64,000 bases of DNA from the human T2T-CHM13v2.0 reference genome, Homo sapiens: NCBI RefSeq assembly GCF_009914755.1, contig NC_060927.1; one strand, 5' to 3'. Under the pieces are notes generated by a model, which made no database searches, was not told the origin of the DNA, and was given only the letters and a program-made list of their open reading frames with translations. A program made the position numbers and the translations under genes. Position 1 is the first letter of the stretch, and each line of letters opens with the position of its first letter. Of the stretch, positions 54,367 through 64,000 are shown one piece after another.

Positions 54367-54676
54367 CTATTGTGTACAGGGAAATTAAAGATGACAGCCA
54401 AAACAATTCAAGTCAAAAAAGAACAGAGAAATATCTGTAAAGTAATAAAATAACCAAAAAAGTAACAAACAAAACCCAGGCAGCCTGAAATTTAGTCTCA
54501 GCAAATATATCTATAGAAAATAAAGGTAAGTAGTTTTTTCTAGACACATAAAACATGAAAGAATTTATCACCAGCATATATATCCTGCAAGAAATTACTA
54601 AGGAAGTCTTTTACATCCAGAAAAAAAGGATATTTTATAATATAAATAAAATAAAATAGAATTTTAAAAAATCTCA

Positions 54677-54988
<312 letters not shown>

Positions 54989-56167
54989 TGATTTATATAT
55001 ACATGGAAATATTAATGTACCCAAAGAATTTTTAGGTGTAACACTAAACCACCACACACTAAAAAAAGGACTAATTGGACCTCAATAAAATTAAAATTTG
55101 CTCTTCAAAAGGTACTGTTAAAAGAATGAAGAGAATTAAAAATGTTAACTAATGGAAAAATAAAAGACTTTTTAATTACTTAATATTAAAAGATTACTGA
55201 TTGTTTAAAAAGTAAAAATAGAAATGTATTATGAAGTTCATAATATATGAAGATAAATAAAACACATGAAAAAGACACAATGATCAAAATAATATAGTAG
55301 TGATCTGAAGATAGACAAATAGATTAATAGACCAAAATAGACAGTTTAGAAATATCCATGCACATTTATGGTAAATTGATTTTTACAAAAATTCAAAGAA
55401 AATTCAATGGAAAAGGATGGTCTTTGAAATAAATGATGCTGGAATAATTGGCTACCCATCTCCAAAAAATGAATAGATTCTGTAAATTAACTTAAAATGG
55501 ATCATAGATTTAAATATAAAGTCTATACTTATAAAGCTTGTAGAATAAACAACAGGATAAAATTTTTTGTGACTTTCATTTAGGTAATGAGTTTTTAAAC
55601 ATTAACACTACAATAACTGTCAATTAAAAGATAATTAATTGGACTTTGGACTTCAACAATATTAAGATATTCTATTTTTCCACAGATACTGTTAAGAGAA
55701 TAAAATACAAGTAGGAACCTGTGAGAAAATACTTTCAAACATATATCTGATAAAGAGCATATATCCAGATCATATAAAGAACTCTCAAGAGTTAATAATA
55801 AAAAAATTGAGCAATTTATTTAAATAGGCCATTAAAGAAGAGATATAAATGGTAAATAAGCAGATTTTAAAATGAATCAATGTGTTTAGTCATTAGACAT
55901 TGAAGCAAATAAAAATTTAATGTGATACTTCTACATACATATTCAAATGTCTAAAATTAAAAAGATTGACCATAATAAAGATTGATGAAGATGTGGAGCA
56001 ACAGAAACTTCCATACAATGTTGATGGAAATAAAAAATGATGAAACCACTTTTAATATGTTTTGCAATTTTTTCAAAGTTAAATATATACCTACTTATAT
56101 CCAGTCATTCAAATCTTTGATAGTCATTGAAAAAAATAAATACATATGGCATAAAAATCTCAATTAT

Positions 56168-56287
56168 GGAAGATAAGTTCTAGACGTGTGCTGAACCACA
56201 TTGCTTCTACGGTTAACTATATTGTATTGCACACTTAAAGATTTAAGAGGGTGACCTCATGTTAAATGTCCTCACTAAAATAAAAAT
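56168..56287 (+). mobile_element. L1MA/MB 3' terminal fragment inserted in the L1MD
   Basis: ataagttctaga..ttgtattgcacacttaaa..taagagggt..ctcatgttaa..aaaataaaaa. Confidence 0.6.
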
Positions 56288-56744
56288 TCATAGATAAATG
56301 TTTATAGCTGCTTTATTTTTAACAACCAAAATGTGGAAACGACCATCAGGTAAATAGCTAAATAAACCATACTGTTTCCATACAATAAAATACTACTTCA
56401 AAATATAAACACATAAACTGTTGATTCATATAACAATATAGATGAATCTGAATATAATTATGCAAAGTGAAATAAGCCAGAAAACTAAATACATATTATC
56501 TGATCCCATTAATATAAAAATCTATACAATAAAACCTCATCTATAATGACAGAAAGCAGATCAATGTTTGCCTGGGATGGGGGTTAAGGTCTCCGAAACA
56601 GGAGTTATAAAGGGACTGAGGGACATTTTGGGGGTAACGGCTGTGTCCATTATCTTGTTCGGAGTTTCATGATGTATACATATATATGTATACATATATA
56701 TGAGTATACATATATATGAATGTCAAAACTTACCAAATTATGCA

Positions 56745-56906
56745 TTTTTTCGTTTTTAAAATGTTTAATTTATTTTTAGCCTATTTATGGGTACATATTA
56801 GGTGTATATATTTATGGGGAACATAGCTGTCTTGATACAGGCACACGATGTGAAATGAGCACTTCGTTGAGAATGGGGTATTCATCCCCTCAAGCATTTA
56901 TCCTTT
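56745..56906 (-). mobile_element. L1MA1-3-like 3' terminal fragment inserted in the L1MD 3' UTR
   Basis: gggtacata.taggtgtatatatttatgggg..ttgatacaggca..gagaatggggta..catcccctcaagcatttatccttt. Confidence 0.8.
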
Positions 56907-57745
56907 AAATGTGGACATTTTATTGTATGTCTATTCTACCTCAATAAGCCTATTAAACACGAATTCCAAATGTATCAAAAACCTACTAAATGTAAACTAA
57001 AGAAGAAAATTTAAAGCAAAAAAATTAAAAGGAGAATTACATATTATGGAAGTAAGTTTAGAGTATGATGTGACTACATAAAGGTGGCATGCATCCATGC
57101 TTGTAAGGTCATGGAAACCTTTTTTTGCCAGACTGAAGATGGGCATTCCTGGCTGAGAAAGCAAAATACTCTCATATAGCAGAGACTGCAGTTGAATTAA
57201 TACAGCAAAGCTAGCCAAAATATAACAAACAAATGTCAGCAATCAAACTGTAAGTATCATTCTCCCCATCATGCTCCTCTGACCTTATGAACCCCGATTT
57301 CTAGGACACATAGTGGTCATTGAGACAAAAGTATAACCTTGGATGATTTGATGAAACACAGCTATGCTCAGTAGAAAAGACTGTGTGTACATGGGGTGTT
57401 TAGACAAAAATGCTACTGGAAAAACCTATTTCACCCCACTATCACCTTTGCTTTCACACTATTTTTATATCAGAACTTTTTGAAGGGGAGGAATATAAAA
57501 TAACCTGAACCCAGCTGGAGCTGTCTGATGGAGGATTTCAGTACACCAAAAAGTACTCCAGAGATGCATTATAAAGAAATTCAGGAGAGAAACTCTGGAT
57601 CAGACCTTTTGATTTTTCTAATTTTGCATATCTGTCAGTTATAAAACATCACAACCACAAGTATTCATTTAGTTTTTAAATAAATTGCATAAATGCAACA
57701 GTCTTAATATACTTTTATAAACAGATACAGGTTTAAAAATGTCAA

Positions 57746-58301
57746 TGTCAGTGGCATTTAACGTTCAAGAGCAACTCCATCTTGAATAGGGACAGGGTAA
57801 AATGAGGCTGAGACCTACTGGGTTGCATTCCCAGACAAGGCATTCTAAGTCACAGGATGAGTTAGGAGGATGGCACAAGATACTTGGTCAAAAAGACCTT
57901 GCTGATAAAACAGGTTGCAGTAAAGAAGCCGGCCCAAACCCACCAAAACCAAGATGGCCACGAGAGTGACCTCTGGTCGTCCTCACTGCTACACTCCCAC
58001 CAGTGCCATGAAGGTTTACAAATGCCATGGAAACGTCAGGAAGTTACTCTATATGGTCTAAAAGAGGAAGGCATGAATAATCTATCACTTGTTTATAGCA
58101 TATCTTGAAAAAATAACCATTAAAATGCACAGCCAGCAGCCCTTGGGGCTGCTCTGTCTATGGAGTAGCCATTTTCTTACTCCTTTATTTTCCTAATAAA
58201 CTTATTTTCAGTTTACTCTATGGACTCGCCCTGAATTATTTCTTGCATGAGATCCAAGAAGTCTCTCTTGGGATCTGGATCTGGGTCCCTTTCCTGTAAC
58301 A
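57746..58301 (+). mobile_element. MER41A ERV1 solo LTR
   Basis: tgtcag..agagcaactccatcttgaatagg..ctttcctgtaaca, 556 bp; perfect 4-bp TSD TCAA. Confidence 0.92.
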
Positions 58302-59370
58302 TCAATAAATAATGATAAAATAAAATTGTATAGCAATATAAGTTCTAATTTTTCCTTCTGGTGCAAGTCCCCTGTGTTAAACAGGCCTAATTTGGAACAA
58401 TCTTGTTATACAGATTGATCTGTGTGGAAGTGAGATCATCTGAGCTAGTCAAAATCAACCAAAGTGCTTATTTTTAAAGTGCTGATTAGGACCTCACCCC
58501 TAGACTTTAAAAAGAATTTTTTACCTCTGCCTTTAAAAGCAAAACCATTTCCAATTGGCATTATTTCTATTAATAAATTAATAGGAATGACTGTGCAGAA
58601 AAAAAATCCTTATTCAAAGTTCATCTGCAACTGAAACTTTCTTCTTTACAAGGTAAGATGGCAAGAAAAAAAAAGGAGCTTCTTGGGACATATAAAATCT
58701 GGTGAGAACATATTTTCTTAAAGAAAATTAACTGGCTCTCAAAAATGTCAAATTTGGATTACTATGCGATGTGAAGAAGTAAGTGGTTCTTATCAAATGT
58801 GAAGCCCGTGTAAAATACATGATGGCAGTTACAAAAGTCATAATGAGTTTCACTGTTACTGCCCACAAATCCTTGTACATAGGCAAACAGCCACTGCTAA
58901 CTATTTAAAAAAGCAAATATTTGTGAAGAAAGGCTTATGCAAACTAGAAACTAATTACCAACATTTGTTTCCAGCCAATTTTTGCAAATTAAAATTCTAG
59001 CTCAACCAAGAGAGTGTTTTTAAAAATAAGCTGGATTATCAATATTTATAAGTGACTAATCATTAGAAATGATATTACATACTTAAACTGTAACTCACCT
59101 AACTTTTCCCCCACTTTTATTTGTACAAAATGTATGTTATTCATGAAACATTCTAGCAAAATAGCTACAAATTTCCTTAACTCTACAAACATCCCTAATT
59201 CTGGTAAATCAACCTATATTTAAGTATTTTACATGGCCAAAACCACAAAATATTTGTTCTCCTAGTCTACGTCATTATATCATTCCTATCAGTTATAACT
59301 ACAGTAATTACCACTTATTTCACGTATAATCGCTAACTTTTTGTTTTCAATACAGATCCATGGCAGTATA

Positions 59371-62070
<2,700 letters not shown>

Positions 62071-62255
62071 TAGCTGAAGATAAATTCCATGATTTCTTAA
62101 CAGATTGAGTATACGGAAGAAGTAGGAAAAGGTAAAAGAGAGAAGCACAGAGACACTAAATGTATAAGTAATTATTCATTTAGTTTTGTAAGTGTCCTGG
62201 TTTGCATTTCAGGAAAAAGAACAAAATCTATCAATCGACATTTTTGTGCCTATTA

Positions 62256-62495
62256 CAATTGTCCCTCAGTATACTTGGTGTATCGGTTCCAGGACTACCT
62301 GTTTATACCCAAATCCAGGCACATTCAAGTCCTGCAGCTGGCCCTGCAGAACCTTCATATGTGAAAAGTTGGCCCTCTGTATACACGTGTTTTAGATCCT
62401 ACAAATATTGTATTTTAGATCAGAGCTTGTTTGAAAACAGTTTGTGTATAAGTGGACTCTTGCAGTTCCAACCCATGCTGTTCAAGTGCTGACTG
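62256..62495. mobile_element. MER8 TcMar-Tigger MITE
   Basis: caattgtccctc..ggttccaggac..gtataagtggac..gttcaag..gactg, 240 bp, TA TSDs. Confidence 0.85.
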
Positions 62496-62509
62496 TACTC
62501 TCAAGCTAG

Positions 62510-62665
62510 TTCACATTTTCTAATTTAATCCTCAAAACGATGCCTTGAGGAAAAATAATAATGACAGAAGATGCAGAGAGAGGGCACTGAAGCTTGTCCA
62601 AGTTTACAAATAGGGTCTCCATGCAAGTGTTCACAATTTTCATCTTTTAATTTCAAAACCAGTGA
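62510..62665 (-). mobile_element. MIR relic
   Basis: atttaatcctcaaaac..cttgagg..gcagagagagg..cttgtccaagtttaca. Confidence 0.5.
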
Positions 62666-63507
62666 TTTTCCCCCCTACTTTTACCCACATATAATAATAA
62701 ATTTTAGGGTTTAATTCATTTTCTTGTATTATATTTTCATCCTATAGTTCTCCATTTTAACCCTAAAATTACAGAAATATTTCCTGTGGCTGAAAGAAAT
62801 TAGTTAGAAACTCTTAGGTATTTTAAGTAAGAAGAATGCTACATGCAAAAAGTAAAGTCTGAAGAATGTATTTCAACCTTGAAAAAAAAACCCTCAGACT
62901 CAGTCTGCAGTAAAGTTCATTCAACATTAAGAAGCAGAAGCTATTTAAAGAGTTTAATGCAGAACACGGTAGAAAAGATGCCCATTGCCAAGTCCTTCAC
63001 GGCTCACCATAAATGTGAACAGCAAAGTGCTATCCATTTTAAAAATCAATCAAGGTGATGCAGTGCTTAAAATGCAATTGATTTTGGCTAATTTGCAAGT
63101 AGAAAGGTTTAGAACTTGAATAATTTCTTTCCCACTTTAGCTGGTTCAACAGCCTACTCAATGAGTTGCCTAATTATTAGTCTTGTTTTTTTTTTTTTTT
63201 TCATTTATTTACTTTAGACAATTCCTGAGTGAGACAACTTTTGATTTATTTCAACTGGCTTTGGGTAGATGAAAGAGACCACAAACCAAACCAAACCAAA
63301 ACAAAACAAAACAAAAAGCCACCAGGCAGGCCAAGCACGATGAAGAAAAACTTCAAATGCAAGAACTATAATTTTCAAACTGTGAGTTTGGAATTCTTAA
63401 AAAGCAAAAACCATTAAGTGACTCCATTTCAGCTACCTATTAGTGATCAGGTTGAAAAACAATGAGAAAAAATGGAAAGAAAATCACTGCAAATTCCATT
63501 GGGGTAG

Positions 63508-64000
<493 letters not shown>

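Overview
This is AT-rich, CpG-poor primate genomic DNA, most likely human or great ape (AluY, L1PA, THE1 and MER41 are all present). It looks intronic or intergenic. I see no CpG island, no recognisable host protein-coding exon, no RNA gene and no prokaryotic-type system such as CRISPR or an operon. Much of the window is interspersed repeat: 13 Alus, old and young L1 fragments including a ~4.8 kb internally deleted L1MD-like element, many L2/MIR relics, and DNA transposons (Tigger1, Tigger3b, MER8, MER20, MER53, MER58A, MER91). LTR elements include a decayed minus-strand ERVL provirus (LTR16 plus protease, RT, RNase H linker, integrase and dUTPase remnants) with nested MLT2B and THE1C, and solo LTRs THE1D, LTR16C, MLT2D, a MER4-group LTR, an LTR37-like LTR and MER41A. 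The most interesting signal is ~0.6 kb at 39.7-40.35 kb that does not resemble the L2a-d DNA elsewhere in the window, yet translates into a nearly colinear C-terminus of a fish/reptile-type L2-clade reverse transcriptase. It is a candidate very ancient, possibly constrained or exapted LINE relic. Other points are a perfect 4x33 bp minisatellite inside a decayed L2, several local duplications, a 120 bp orphan insert inside Tigger1, motif-based enhancer candidates and a few candidate non-coding exons. Repeat family names come from recalled consensus sequences and boundaries of old elements are approximate. All of these need RepeatMasker/Dfam confirmation.
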